The notes below the pieces were generated by a model that did not search any database, was not told the origin of the DNA, and was given only the letters and a program-made list of their open reading frames with translations. Both the position numbers and the translations under genes were made by a program. From an uncultured Gammaproteobacteria bacterium (GTDB lineage: Bacteria > Patescibacteriota > Patescibacteriia > Magasanikbacterales > UBA922), in contig CAZFUL010000002.1 in NCBI GenBank assembly GCA_964522435.1, positions 44,631 to 108,630 on the forward strand: a DNA stretch of 64,000 nucleotides. The letters run 5' to 3'. Positions 19,279-27,585 of this stretch are shown here, piece by piece; within the stretch, counting starts at the first letter, position 1, and every line of letters starts with the position of its first letter.

Positions 19279-19998
19279 CTAGAATATCTCCAAATGTATC
19301 TTCTTCCCATCAACTCCTTTTGCCAACAATAACGCACGGGTATCTTTTACCATCTCCGTACTGCCACACAAATAAAAATCTTTGCCAACTGTAGTGGCGG
19401 GCATGTGCGTGGTAACGCGACCAGTGGCTCCTTGCCAACTACTGTCAGTGGCTCCTTGAGAAAGAGTGAGGGTATAGGTAAATGTAGGGTATTGAATACT
19501 CAAGTCCTGTAATTCTTGTTGCCAAAAAATATCTTGTTGATGACGCACCCCAAAAATAAGGTGAATAGGGAAGTCAGACTGTTTGTATATGAGTTCATCA
19601 CGAATAATACTCATGATCGGGGTAATACCTGCGCCCGTGGCAATAGCATCGATCGCACCTGGGTGTGGATGGGTAAAATGCCCCAATGGTCCGCGGACAG
19701 CTACTTTGTCACCAACCGCCATAGCCGCAAAATGTTGAGAGGCTTTGCCTTCGGGGAGTATTTTTACACAAAAGCGTAGTTGGGTATCGTCTGGGGCGCT
19801 GGCCATGGAATAGGATCGTGGAACCGTAGTGCCACCAGCGACGGGAATCATAAATTGCAAAAATTGCCCTGCTACAAACGAAAGAGTGGCTGGTTTTTCA
19901 AAATACAGCTCAATAATATCTTTGGTAAGGAATTCTTTTTTTTCTAAAACAAGTGGAAAAGTAAGCAGTGGCATAGGGTTGACAAAAAATGCAAACAT
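19279..19998 (-). CDS. FAD/NAD(P)-binding oxidoreductase, ferredoxin-NADP reductase-like
   Basis: FAD motif RSYSMAS, GPLG, NAD motif ATGAGITP, C-terminal YLCGSTEMV. Confidence 0.6.
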   Translation of the reverse strand: MFAFFVNPMPLLTFPLVLEKKEFLTKDIIELYFEKPATLSFVAGQFLQFMIPVAGGTTVPRSYSMASAPDDTQLRFCVKILPEGKASQHFAAMAVGDKVAVRGPLGHFTHPHPGAIDAIATGAGITPIMSIIRDELIYKQSDFPIHLIFGVRHQQDIFWQQELQDLSIQYPTFTYTLTLSQGATDSSWQGATGRVTTHMPATTVGKDFYLCGSTEMVKDTRALLLAKGVDGKKIHLEIF

Positions 19999-20007
19999 CT
20001 ATATCAT
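19979..20007 (+). promoter_or_regulatory. sigma70-like promoter for the Rrf2 / Fe-S cluster operon, TTGACA-N17-TATCAT
   Basis: Exact -35 hexamer, 17-nt spacer, TATCAT -10. Lies 32 nt upstream of the ATG at 20039. Confidence 0.55.
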
Positions 20008-20038
20008 ACTCATAAAGTATGAATTAGAGCAGAATACC

Positions 20039-20443
20039 ATGATTCAAATAAGTAAACAAGTCGATTACGCCATTCAATTTTTGTTGGCATTACGATCATT
20101 GCCAGAAGGCAATTATTTAAGTGTACGACAGTTTGCCAAGGAGCGCAATATATCTTTTTTGTTTTTACAAAACATTGTTCGCTTGCTTCGCCAAGGGGGG
20201 CTCGTAAGGGCAACCAAGGGCGTGCAAGGGGGGTATCGCTTGGCAGTATCCGCGCAAGAGATTAATTTGTATACCATTACGCATGCCTTGCATGGGGAGT
20301 ATAGAACGGTGCCTTGTATGAATTGCGGCAGTTGCCCAGTAGCAAAGACCTGTACGAGTAAAGAATTTTTTTCAGAATTTCAAAAAGATATGTTAGCACT
20401 CATGCAAACATATACGTTAGCAGATCAACAACCCCGCAGCTAA
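20039..20443 (+). CDS. iscR: Rrf2-family transcriptional regulator, IscR-like, with a three-Cys cluster ligand set
   Basis: N-terminal HTH MIQISKQVDYAIQFLLAL. Cys motif CMNCGSCPVAKTC. Start trimmed to MIQISK. Confidence 0.7.
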   Translation: MIQISKQVDYAIQFLLALRSLPEGNYLSVRQFAKERNISFLFLQNIVRLLRQGGLVRATKGVQGGYRLAVSAQEINLYTITHALHGEYRTVPCMNCGSCPVAKTCTSKEFFSEFQKDMLALMQTYTLADQQPRS

Positions 20444-20444
20444 T

Positions 20445-21629
20445 ATGCGCTCTCTTTTTTCATCACAAAAAAAACACGTCTATTTAGATCATGCGGCTGC
20501 AACCCCGCTTGATGCTGTTGTGCGTGAGGTCATGCTTCCCTATATGAGTGATATATTTGGGAATCCCTCTGCACTATATGCACAAGCACAACAAGCAAAA
20601 GAAGCCGTGGATACTGCGCGTAAACAAGTAGCGACAGTACTTGCTGCGCAATCAGATACGATTATCTTTACGAGTGGGGGAACAGAATCCACCAATATGG
20701 CGGTGTTCGGTGTTACCCGTGCACAAAAAAAAGGACATATTATTACCACGGCTATTGAACATCCTGCCGTGTTACATCCTTGCCAACAATTAGAGCAGGA
20801 AGGATTTACCGTAACTTATTTAGAGGTGGATGACCAAGGACTCATACGCGCTGAGCAAGTAAAAGAAGCACTACGCCCAGATACTATTCTTGTTTCGATT
20901 ATGTATGCCAATAATGAAGTGGGCAGTGTGCAACCCATTGCCGATATTGGCAGAGTCTTATTGCAATGGCGTAAAGCACAAAAAACAGTTTATCCTCTTT
21001 TTCATACCGATGCCTGCCAAGCTGCAGGAGCGCTGACGCTGAATGTAGAAAAATTACATGTAGATTTGTTGAGTGCCAATGGAAGCAAAATATATGGACC
21101 AAAAGGCATTGGTATATTGTATGTCCGTCGTGGTGTAGAATTGTTGCCACTTATGTATGGGGGTGGACAAGAAATGAATAAACGCAGTGGTACAGAATCT
21201 GTTGCAAATATTGTTGGCTTTGCGAAAGCACTCACGAATGTGGCATTAGACAGTAGTCGTATTGCGAATATGCGTGAGTATTTGTGGAAACAAATACAAG
21301 AGCAGATTCCAGATGTTGTCTTGCATGGTCCGGCGTTGGGAGAAAAACGCTTGCCAAATAATCTTAATGTTTCGTTTCTTGGCGCACAGTCAGAAAGTGT
21401 GGTGGTGTATTTGGATGCAAAAGGCATTGCGGTTGGCACCGGTTCTGCTTGTGCAACAGGGGAAGAAGAAGGCTCACATGTGCTTCGTGCCATGGGAAAA
21501 AAGACGCAAGAGATTGAAAGCAGTGTGCGTTTTAGTTTAGGAAAAGATACGACAAAACAAGATATTGCGTATGTAATGAAGCATCTTCCCGCTATTGTAA
21601 AAATGGTGAGGGGGATGACCCTACTCTAG
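20445..21629 (+). CDS. Cysteine desulfurase, NifS/IscS type (class V aminotransferase)
   Basis: PLP-lysine region SANGSKIYGPKGIGILYV. Active-site Cys loop GSACATGEEEGSHVLRAMG. Confidence 0.8.
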   Translation: MRSLFSSQKKHVYLDHAAATPLDAVVREVMLPYMSDIFGNPSALYAQAQQAKEAVDTARKQVATVLAAQSDTIIFTSGGTESTNMAVFGVTRAQKKGHIITTAIEHPAVLHPCQQLEQEGFTVTYLEVDDQGLIRAEQVKEALRPDTILVSIMYANNEVGSVQPIADIGRVLLQWRKAQKTVYPLFHTDACQAAGALTLNVEKLHVDLLSANGSKIYGPKGIGILYVRRGVELLPLMYGGGQEMNKRSGTESVANIVGFAKALTNVALDSSRIANMREYLWKQIQEQIPDVVLHGPALGEKRLPNNLNVSFLGAQSESVVVYLDAKGIAVGTGSACATGEEEGSHVLRAMGKKTQEIESSVRFSLGKDTTKQDIAYVMKHLPAIVKMVRGMTLL

Positions 21630-21631
21630 AT

Positions 21632-23038
21632 ATGTCTATACAAAAACCAACAATCACTCTTGACCGTTCGCTCTACGATGACGCAAACGTAGATCGTTCA
21701 AGTTACAAAGCAGCGCCAGGATTATCCAAGGAGCTGATTATTGATATTTCCACACAAAAAAATGAACCCAAATGGATGTTAGACAAACGCTTAAAAGCTT
21801 TTGAATTTTTTCAACAAAAACCTATTCCAACCTGGGGGCCTGATTTATCTGGCTTAGATTTAGATAAAATTATTTATTATGTTCGCCCTGGAACAAAAGA
21901 AAGTACCACCTGGGAAGATGTGCCAGAAGATATTAAAAAAACATTTGATCGTTTAGGTATTCCTGAAGCAGAAAAAACAGCGCTTGCCGGAGTTGGCGCA
22001 CAATATGATTCTGATGTGGTGTATCACAATATTCAAGACGACTTAAAAAAGAAAGGCGTGATTTTTGAAAACATGGATGTGGCAGTGCAGCTGTATCCTG
22101 ATTTGGTAAAAAAATATTTCATGACCCAGTGTGTGCCGATTAATGACCACAAATTTGTCATGTTACACGGCGCGGTCTGGAGTGGGGGAACATTTATTTA
22201 TATTCCCAAAGGCGTGCAGGTAGAATTGCCCTTGCAAGCGTATTTCCGCATGAACGCAGAGTCGGGTGGACAATTTGAACATACGCTTATTATTGCCGAT
22301 GAAGATTCATCGGTGCAATATATTGAAGGCTGTTCTGCCCCACGCTATACCACCAATTCACTGCACGCAGGATGTGTAGAAATTTTTGTGCACGCGAATG
22401 CAAAAGTAAAATATTATTCGATTGAAAATTGGTCAAAAAATACTTACAACTTAAATACCAAACGAGCCTTGGTTGATGAAAATGCGAGTATGGAATGGGT
22501 GAGTGGGAACATGGGTTCTGGCATTACCATGTTATATCCATCATCAGTTCTGCGTGGTCGTGGCGCACACTCCGATAGTTTAGGCATTGCCTTTGCTGGG
22601 CCAGGACAACATCAAGATACGGGGGCGAAAGCGATTCATGCCGCACCAAATACTTCTTCTAATATTCGGTCTCGTTCTATTTCTGTGGGTGGTGGCATTG
22701 CCGGGTTTAGAGGCTTGATTAAAGTCACCAAAAAAGCGGTAAATAGTACGGCGCTTATGAGTTGTGACGCCCTTCTTTTAGATGAAGATTCTGTTGCCAA
22801 TACCTATCCCGCATTGCAAATTGACACCAACGATGTGTCTGTTGCTCATGAAGCACGCATTGGAAAAATTGGTGATGAACAATTGTTTTATCTTATGAGT
22901 AGGGGCCTCAGCGAAGAACAAGCCATGCGCTTGATTGTTTCTGGATTTGTGGAACCGATTGTCAAAGCCTTGCCACTGGAGTATGCGGTTGAATTAAATA
23001 AATTAATTGAATTAGAAATGGAAGGGGCGATTGGCTAA
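21632..23038 (+). CDS. sufB: Fe-S cluster assembly scaffold protein SufB
   Basis: 468 aa. Conserved C-terminal SufB/SufD beta-helix region. Lies in a suf cluster. Confidence 0.75.
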   Translation: MSIQKPTITLDRSLYDDANVDRSSYKAAPGLSKELIIDISTQKNEPKWMLDKRLKAFEFFQQKPIPTWGPDLSGLDLDKIIYYVRPGTKESTTWEDVPEDIKKTFDRLGIPEAEKTALAGVGAQYDSDVVYHNIQDDLKKKGVIFENMDVAVQLYPDLVKKYFMTQCVPINDHKFVMLHGAVWSGGTFIYIPKGVQVELPLQAYFRMNAESGGQFEHTLIIADEDSSVQYIEGCSAPRYTTNSLHAGCVEIFVHANAKVKYYSIENWSKNTYNLNTKRALVDENASMEWVSGNMGSGITMLYPSSVLRGRGAHSDSLGIAFAGPGQHQDTGAKAIHAAPNTSSNIRSRSISVGGGIAGFRGLIKVTKKAVNSTALMSCDALLLDEDSVANTYPALQIDTNDVSVAHEARIGKIGDEQLFYLMSRGLSEEQAMRLIVSGFVEPIVKALPLEYAVELNKLIELEMEGAIG

Positions 23039-23047
23039 AAATAGATT

Positions 23048-24274
23048 ATGATGAATGATCATATCAAACAACAATTCCCGATTTTTCAACACCACCCTAA
23101 CCTGGTGTATCTTGATAGTGCGGCAAGTACCCAAACACCACAAGTGGTGATTGATGCGATGAATAACTATTACACACATTATCGAGCAAACATTCATCGC
23201 GGGTTGTATGACCTCAGTCAACAAGCAACTGAGGCGTACGAAAACGCCCGTCAAAAAGTGGCAGCCTTTATTGGCGCAGCGCCGAATGAGATTATCTTTA
23301 CCTCTGGCACCACTCAGGGATTAAATTTTTTGGCAAAGTCTTTAGGCCAACAATTACAACCCGGAGATAATATTGTTCTTACCAGATCAGAACATCATGC
23401 GAATCTTATCCCATGGCAACAACTGGCAAAAGAGCGGGGAGTAGAGTTGCGTTTTATTGACCTTGATGTACCGACCGCAACGCGTGCTGGAACCTATACC
23501 CCAACCAAGAGTTCTGCCGAACAGTGTATTGATAAAAACACCAAGATAGTTTCTTTTTCATTAGTATCAAACGTGCTTGGCACGATTACGCTTGCCAATG
23601 ACATTATTGATATTGCAAAACAATATGGTGCTATTACTATTGTTGATGCGGCACAAGCGATGGCGCATATGCCGATAGATATAAAACAAGTAGATGCTGA
23701 TTTTCTTGTTTTTTCTGGACACAAGATGTATGGCCCAACCGGCATTGGCGTAGTCTATGGAAGAAAAGAACGACTGGAAACGCTCGAACCCTATATGTAT
23801 GGCGGAGATATGGTAGCGGAAGTAAGCTATCAAGATGCCACCTGGGCGGATATTCCAGCCCGTTTTGAAGGGGGAACGCCCAATATCGCTGGGGCAATTG
23901 GACTTGGTGCAGCCGTTGATTTTATTCAATCCCTGGGATGGAATACCATCATTGAACATGAAGTGCCGCTGACGGAAAAACTCTGTACTGAACTCAAAAC
24001 TATTGAGGGATTAACCATCATTGGTGCCGAATTTGGCGAGAATAGAATTGGTGTGGTTTCTTTTGTGATTGACGGGATTCATAGCCATGATGTGGCAGAA
24101 ATTTTGAATCGTGATCAGGTCTGTATCCGTGGTGGACATCACTGTGCTATGCCACTCATGCAGTATTTAGGATTGGGAGGAACCAATCGCATATCTGTTG
24201 GTATCTATACCTCGTGGCAAGATATTGATATGTGTATTGCTGCGCTCAAAAAAACAACACAGATATTTACTTAA
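23048..24274 (+). CDS. sufS: Cysteine desulfurase SufS (group II)
   Basis: HKMYGPTGIGVVYG and RGGHHCAMPLM motifs. Confidence 0.8.
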   Translation: MMNDHIKQQFPIFQHHPNLVYLDSAASTQTPQVVIDAMNNYYTHYRANIHRGLYDLSQQATEAYENARQKVAAFIGAAPNEIIFTSGTTQGLNFLAKSLGQQLQPGDNIVLTRSEHHANLIPWQQLAKERGVELRFIDLDVPTATRAGTYTPTKSSAEQCIDKNTKIVSFSLVSNVLGTITLANDIIDIAKQYGAITIVDAAQAMAHMPIDIKQVDADFLVFSGHKMYGPTGIGVVYGRKERLETLEPYMYGGDMVAEVSYQDATWADIPARFEGGTPNIAGAIGLGAAVDFIQSLGWNTIIEHEVPLTEKLCTELKTIEGLTIIGAEFGENRIGVVSFVIDGIHSHDVAEILNRDQVCIRGGHHCAMPLMQYLGLGGTNRISVGIYTSWQDIDMCIAALKKTTQIFT

Positions 24275-24278
24275 TCAT

Positions 24279-24647
24279 ATGGAAGATATTCTCTACAAAG
24301 AATTTATTCTTGATCTGTACAGACATCCCTTGAATAAAAGATATATGGATGACCATCAGGCGTCTGCGACAGAATCCAATCCAACCTGTGGGGACGTGAT
24401 TCATCTGTTTGTAAAATATACCGATGGAACACATATAGAAGCGTCTCACCAGGGGCAAGGCTGCGCAATTTCTCAAGCAGCGGTGTCCCTCTTAACCGAA
24501 GAAGTAACAGGAAAAACAAAAGAGGATATTTTACAGCTGACAGAAAAAGATCTTGTTGCGATGCTTGGCATAGATATTTCAAGCAATCGTATTAACTGTG
24601 CCACACTGGGATTAAAAGCATTACAAAAATCAGTCGGACAACTATGA
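24279..24647 (+). CDS. sufU: SufU/IscU-like sulfur acceptor protein
   Basis: Cys ligands in NPTCGD, GQGCAISQA and RINCATL. Start trimmed to MEDILYK to remove the overlap with sufS. Confidence 0.7.
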   Translation: MEDILYKEFILDLYRHPLNKRYMDDHQASATESNPTCGDVIHLFVKYTDGTHIEASHQGQGCAISQAAVSLLTEEVTGKTKEDILQLTEKDLVAMLGIDISSNRINCATLGLKALQKSVGQL

Positions 24648-25384
24648 GTTTACACATCAACAATTTACATGCATCGATAGAAAAAAAAGAAATTCTGAAA
24701 GGGATTGATCTTAATATTGCTCCGGGAGAAGTGCATGTGATTATGGGACCAAATGGTTCTGGAAAATCGACGCTTGCGCAAGTGTTAATGGGCAATCCTG
24801 CCTACCACGTCGAACGTGGGGAAGTGATGATAGATAATAAAAATCTTCTTGCTATGCCGGTCAATGAACGCGCAACAAGTGGGCTGTTTTTATCGCAGCA
24901 ATATGCGCCAGAAATTTTAGGAGTGAGTGTTACCAATTTACTGCGTTTGGTGGTAGAATCAAAAACAGGAGAAAAACAACATCCCATTAAATTTTATAAA
25001 AAAGTGGTTGCAGTATTGGAACAACTTGGCTTAGGAAAAGAATTTGCCTCTCGTTCGCTGCATGCTGGCGCCTCTGGTGGAGAAAAAAAACGTTTGGAAT
25101 TAGCACAATTATTATTAATAGAACCAACCTACGCCATTCTCGATGAGATAGACTCTGGATTAGATGTGGATGCCTTAAAAATTGTTGCAGAAGGAATTAC
25201 CACGTATCGTCGAGAAGACCGCGCAATACTCTTGATTACGCACTATAATCGCTTGCTTGACTATGTGATTCCAGATGTCGTGCATATTATGTATCAAGGA
25301 ACCATTATTAAAACGGGTGGAAAAGAATTAGCAAAAGAAATTGAAGCGACGGGCTATGAATCATTTATTGCAAAAGCCTCATAA
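24644..25384 (+). CDS. sufC: Fe-S cluster assembly ATPase SufC
   Basis: Walker A GPNGSGKSTL. ABC signature and SufC-specific C-terminus. Confidence 0.85.
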   Translation: MSLHINNLHASIEKKEILKGIDLNIAPGEVHVIMGPNGSGKSTLAQVLMGNPAYHVERGEVMIDNKNLLAMPVNERATSGLFLSQQYAPEILGVSVTNLLRLVVESKTGEKQHPIKFYKKVVAVLEQLGLGKEFASRSLHAGASGGEKKRLELAQLLLIEPTYAILDEIDSGLDVDALKIVAEGITTYRREDRAILLITHYNRLLDYVIPDVVHIMYQGTIIKTGGKELAKEIEATGYESFIAKAS

Positions 25385-25390
25385 AATAGT

Positions 25391-25678
25391 ATGATAACAA
25401 AAGAACGCGTGATAGAAGAATTAGAAACGGTCATGGATCCAGAAATTGGCTTGGATATTTATACCATTGGTCTTATTTATAATGTGACATTGGTGAGTGA
25501 CAAAGAAGTATCTATTCTTATGACCTACACCACACCGGTGTGCCCGTTTGGTCCGGCCTTAAATCAAGAGGTAAAAGATGCCATGTATGAGCTGGGATTT
25601 TCTCGTGTGAATTTAGAAATTACCTTTGACCCACCATGGAAACCGCCAGAAAATTTGCGGGAAATGATGGGAATATAA
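25391..25678 (+). CDS. sufT: SufT / DUF59 (MIP18-family) Fe-S assembly protein
   Basis: 95 aa. DPEIGLDIYTIGLIY and TTPVCPFG motifs. Confidence 0.65.
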   Translation: MITKERVIEELETVMDPEIGLDIYTIGLIYNVTLVSDKEVSILMTYTTPVCPFGPALNQEVKDAMYELGFSRVNLEITFDPPWKPPENLREMMGI

Positions 25679-25681
25679 ATT

Positions 25682-25984
25682 ATGAAAAAAATACGAGTTT
25701 GTAACAGCCGTTCCTGCACTGCCTTTGGGGCAAATCGGGTGATGGAACAAGTAGAAAAAGATACTGGCGTTTCTGCTGGTACAGCTAACAACGACTATGA
25801 TGTTGATTATTGTGGTTGTTTGGGTTGGTGTTCTAATTCTCCGAATGTGCAAGTAGATGATGAACGCATTCTTTTTGATGTGGCTCCGGAAGACGCAATG
25901 CGTCGGATAAACAGTGAAGAAAACAATGAAGGACCCTATTTGCACATTGATCTATTGATTGATGACCCCTTTCTTAAACCATAA
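25682..25984 (+). CDS. Thioredoxin-like [2Fe-2S] ferredoxin family protein
   Basis: Cys pattern C7, C12, CGCLGWC. Confidence 0.4.
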   Translation: MKKIRVCNSRSCTAFGANRVMEQVEKDTGVSAGTANNDYDVDYCGCLGWCSNSPNVQVDDERILFDVAPEDAMRRINSEENNEGPYLHIDLLIDDPFLKP

Positions 25985-26045
25985 GTTGATTTTTTTACGC
26001 CGCTTTGCTATATTTTGCCCATATATTTATTTCTCGGTTATCACT

Positions 26046-26378
26046 ATGGATGCGCAAACCATCATGAATGAAAATAATAAAAAAGCAGATGAGGCAACAG
26101 ATATTGTTGTACCTGCTGATTTACCAGAATCAATTTCTCAAGGAATTAAAAAAGAGGGGAGAATTCGCCGCATTGTGGTAGACCGCCAAGCCTGTATTGG
26201 GGCTGGGTCTTGTGTTGTGGTCACCGAAAAATTATTTCAACTGGATAAAGAAAATCTTGCGTATGTGGTAGATCCAGATAGTTATGATGATGAAACCGTG
26301 CAACTTTCTGCAGAATCTTGTCCAGTACTCGCGATACTCTTGTACGATAAAGATGGAAATAAAATATTTCCTGAGTAA
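26046..26378 (+). CDS. Ferredoxin (single [4Fe-4S]/[3Fe-4S] cluster type)
   Basis: CIGAGSC ... CP motif. Start trimmed to MDAQTIM. Confidence 0.55.
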   Translation: MDAQTIMNENNKKADEATDIVVPADLPESISQGIKKEGRIRRIVVDRQACIGAGSCVVVTEKLFQLDKENLAYVVDPDSYDDETVQLSAESCPVLAILLYDKDGNKIFPE

Positions 26379-26401
26379 TACCTCTTTTTCAAAAATAAAA
26401 A

Positions 26402-26436
26402 ATCCCTTTACGCGCTTGCGTTGAAGGGATTTTTTA
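26402..26436 (+). terminator. Rho-independent terminator of the suf/ferredoxin operon
   Basis: ATCCCTTTACGCGCTTGCGTTGAAGGGAT followed by TTTTTT. Confidence 0.7.
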
Positions 26437-26516
26437 TTCTCCAGTATTTTTTTGTAAAAAAATGCACTGGGGATGGCACGCAACGGGGTGGGATGTGGTT
26501 GTTGCGTGGTTTCTCC

Positions 26517-27257
26517 TTAGTTGGCGGCGTCAACCCCAGGGTCATCAGCCTCAGCCGCTCGATAATCGGGTGGTGGGTGGCAGACGACGTCCCCTTCTTG
26601 CAAGGGGTAGGGGCCGCCCTCTGCTGCCCCTTCAAACAGGGGCTGATTGAGGCTGTTGTTCCGCAACATCGCGGTGTAGTTGAGGCCGTACACCGCCGCA
26701 TAGCGGCCGAGGGTATCGGGGTCCTCTTCCTTGACGATCCCGTAGAGAAGAGATCCACAGCGCCTTGCGTCTTTGCGCTCGTTGTTGCTGGGTTGCGGCT
26801 TCTCTTCCTCTGGTTCAACGAGCGCTCCGGTCTTTTCATCATAATCTTTGGGGACAAAGTGTCCCAAGACGTCACCCGCTGGGTCGGCGAGCCCGGCGTT
26901 CAGACGCAGGAGCGTGTGTTCGTCTGAATTGTGGTAGATAATAAAACCGGTTGCCACGAAGAGCAAGGATGCTCCGACCTGCCACTTCCAGGGGAGCCGA
27001 GGGAATGTGCCGAGGTACACGATTGCTGCATGTACCGTCACCCCCAGAAAGATGATCCCGCTGAGCATTGGGAAGAAATTCTGGGCGCCAAACACCGCCG
27101 ACCAGGCAGTGCAGAAGATGAGCGTCATCGTTCCCCTGAGGAAGTTCTTCTGGGCTTTGGTAAACGGAGCTGTTTTCTTCAGGGGAGGAGGTTCTTCTTC
27201 GGGAAACTCCTGAGGGGGAGGTTCAGTGGAATCTGCTGGAGTGTATTTTTCTGTCAT
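26517..27257 (-). CDS. Compositionally foreign membrane protein: Pro/Glu-rich N-terminus, three TM helices, C-terminal soluble domain
   Basis: Coding GC about 58-60% against a background of about 40%. Codon bias CTC/CCC/GGG/AGG. Own promoter and a GAAGGAG ribosome-binding site. No family recognised. Confidence 0.55.
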   Translation of the reverse strand: MTEKYTPADSTEPPPQEFPEEEPPPLKKTAPFTKAQKNFLRGTMTLIFCTAWSAVFGAQNFFPMLSGIIFLGVTVHAAIVYLGTFPRLPWKWQVGASLLFVATGFIIYHNSDEHTLLRLNAGLADPAGDVLGHFVPKDYDEKTGALVEPEEEKPQPSNNERKDARRCGSLLYGIVKEEDPDTLGRYAAVYGLNYTAMLRNNSLNQPLFEGAAEGGPYPLQEGDVVCHPPPDYRAAEADDPGVDAAN

Positions 27258-27354
27258 GATGTTTCTCCTTCGGCGCTGAGGGGGGCGCCGAGATCTGTTG
27301 TGTATAGATCATATCCCTCTGTTTACCTCCAGTTAGAGAGAAATACGATGTTCG

Positions 27355-27383
27355 ACCCTAGCGCAGATTGGGGTTTTTGTCAA
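27355..27383 (-). promoter_or_regulatory. sigma70-like promoter for the foreign ORF at 26517-27257, TTGACA-N17-TAGGGT
   Basis: Read on the minus strand. A 5'UTR palindrome TCGGCGC-TGAGGGG-GCGCCGA at 27270-27291 lies between the promoter and the ribosome-binding site. Confidence 0.45.
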
Positions 27384-27405
27384 GCTAGGGGGGATATCCT
27401 AACGA

Positions 27406-27503
27406 TCCCTTTTCAGCATACAAGCACGAAAGCAACTCGCGTAGGGTGCCAGATGCACCCTACGCTGCGACTGCTTTCTTTGCCTGTATGCTGTAGCGGG
27501 ATA
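27406..27503. repeat. 97-nt long-hairpin repeat element, copy B
   Basis: 95% identical to 10611-10707. The inner stem GCGTAGGGTGC-CAGAT-GCACCCTACGC keeps its pairing through compensatory changes. Confidence 0.7.
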
Positions 27504-27540
27504 GGATTAGTTAATTTGTCTTACTTTTTTAGGGAGTATA

Positions 27541-27568
27541 AAAAAGCCCCTATACTATAGGAGCTTTT
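27541..27568 (-). terminator. Rho-independent terminator of clpB
   Basis: AAAAAGCCCCTATACTATAGGAGCTTTT, read on the minus strand. Confidence 0.6.
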
Positions 27569-27585
27569 AATATATATATTGATGC

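Noticed and set aside
24198-24278. 5' extension of the SufU ORF overlapping the sufS 3' end
   Set aside because: The extension overlaps sufS by about 80 nt and has no homology. The conserved SufU sequence begins at MEDILYK, at 24279.
26421-27560. Plus-strand ORFs 26421-26927 and 26931-27560, and 35347-35763 minus, overlapping the foreign cassettes
   Set aside because: These are antisense shadow ORFs typical of high-GC DNA. They lack promoters and ribosome-binding sites, and their composition is Arg/Gly/Ala-rich.
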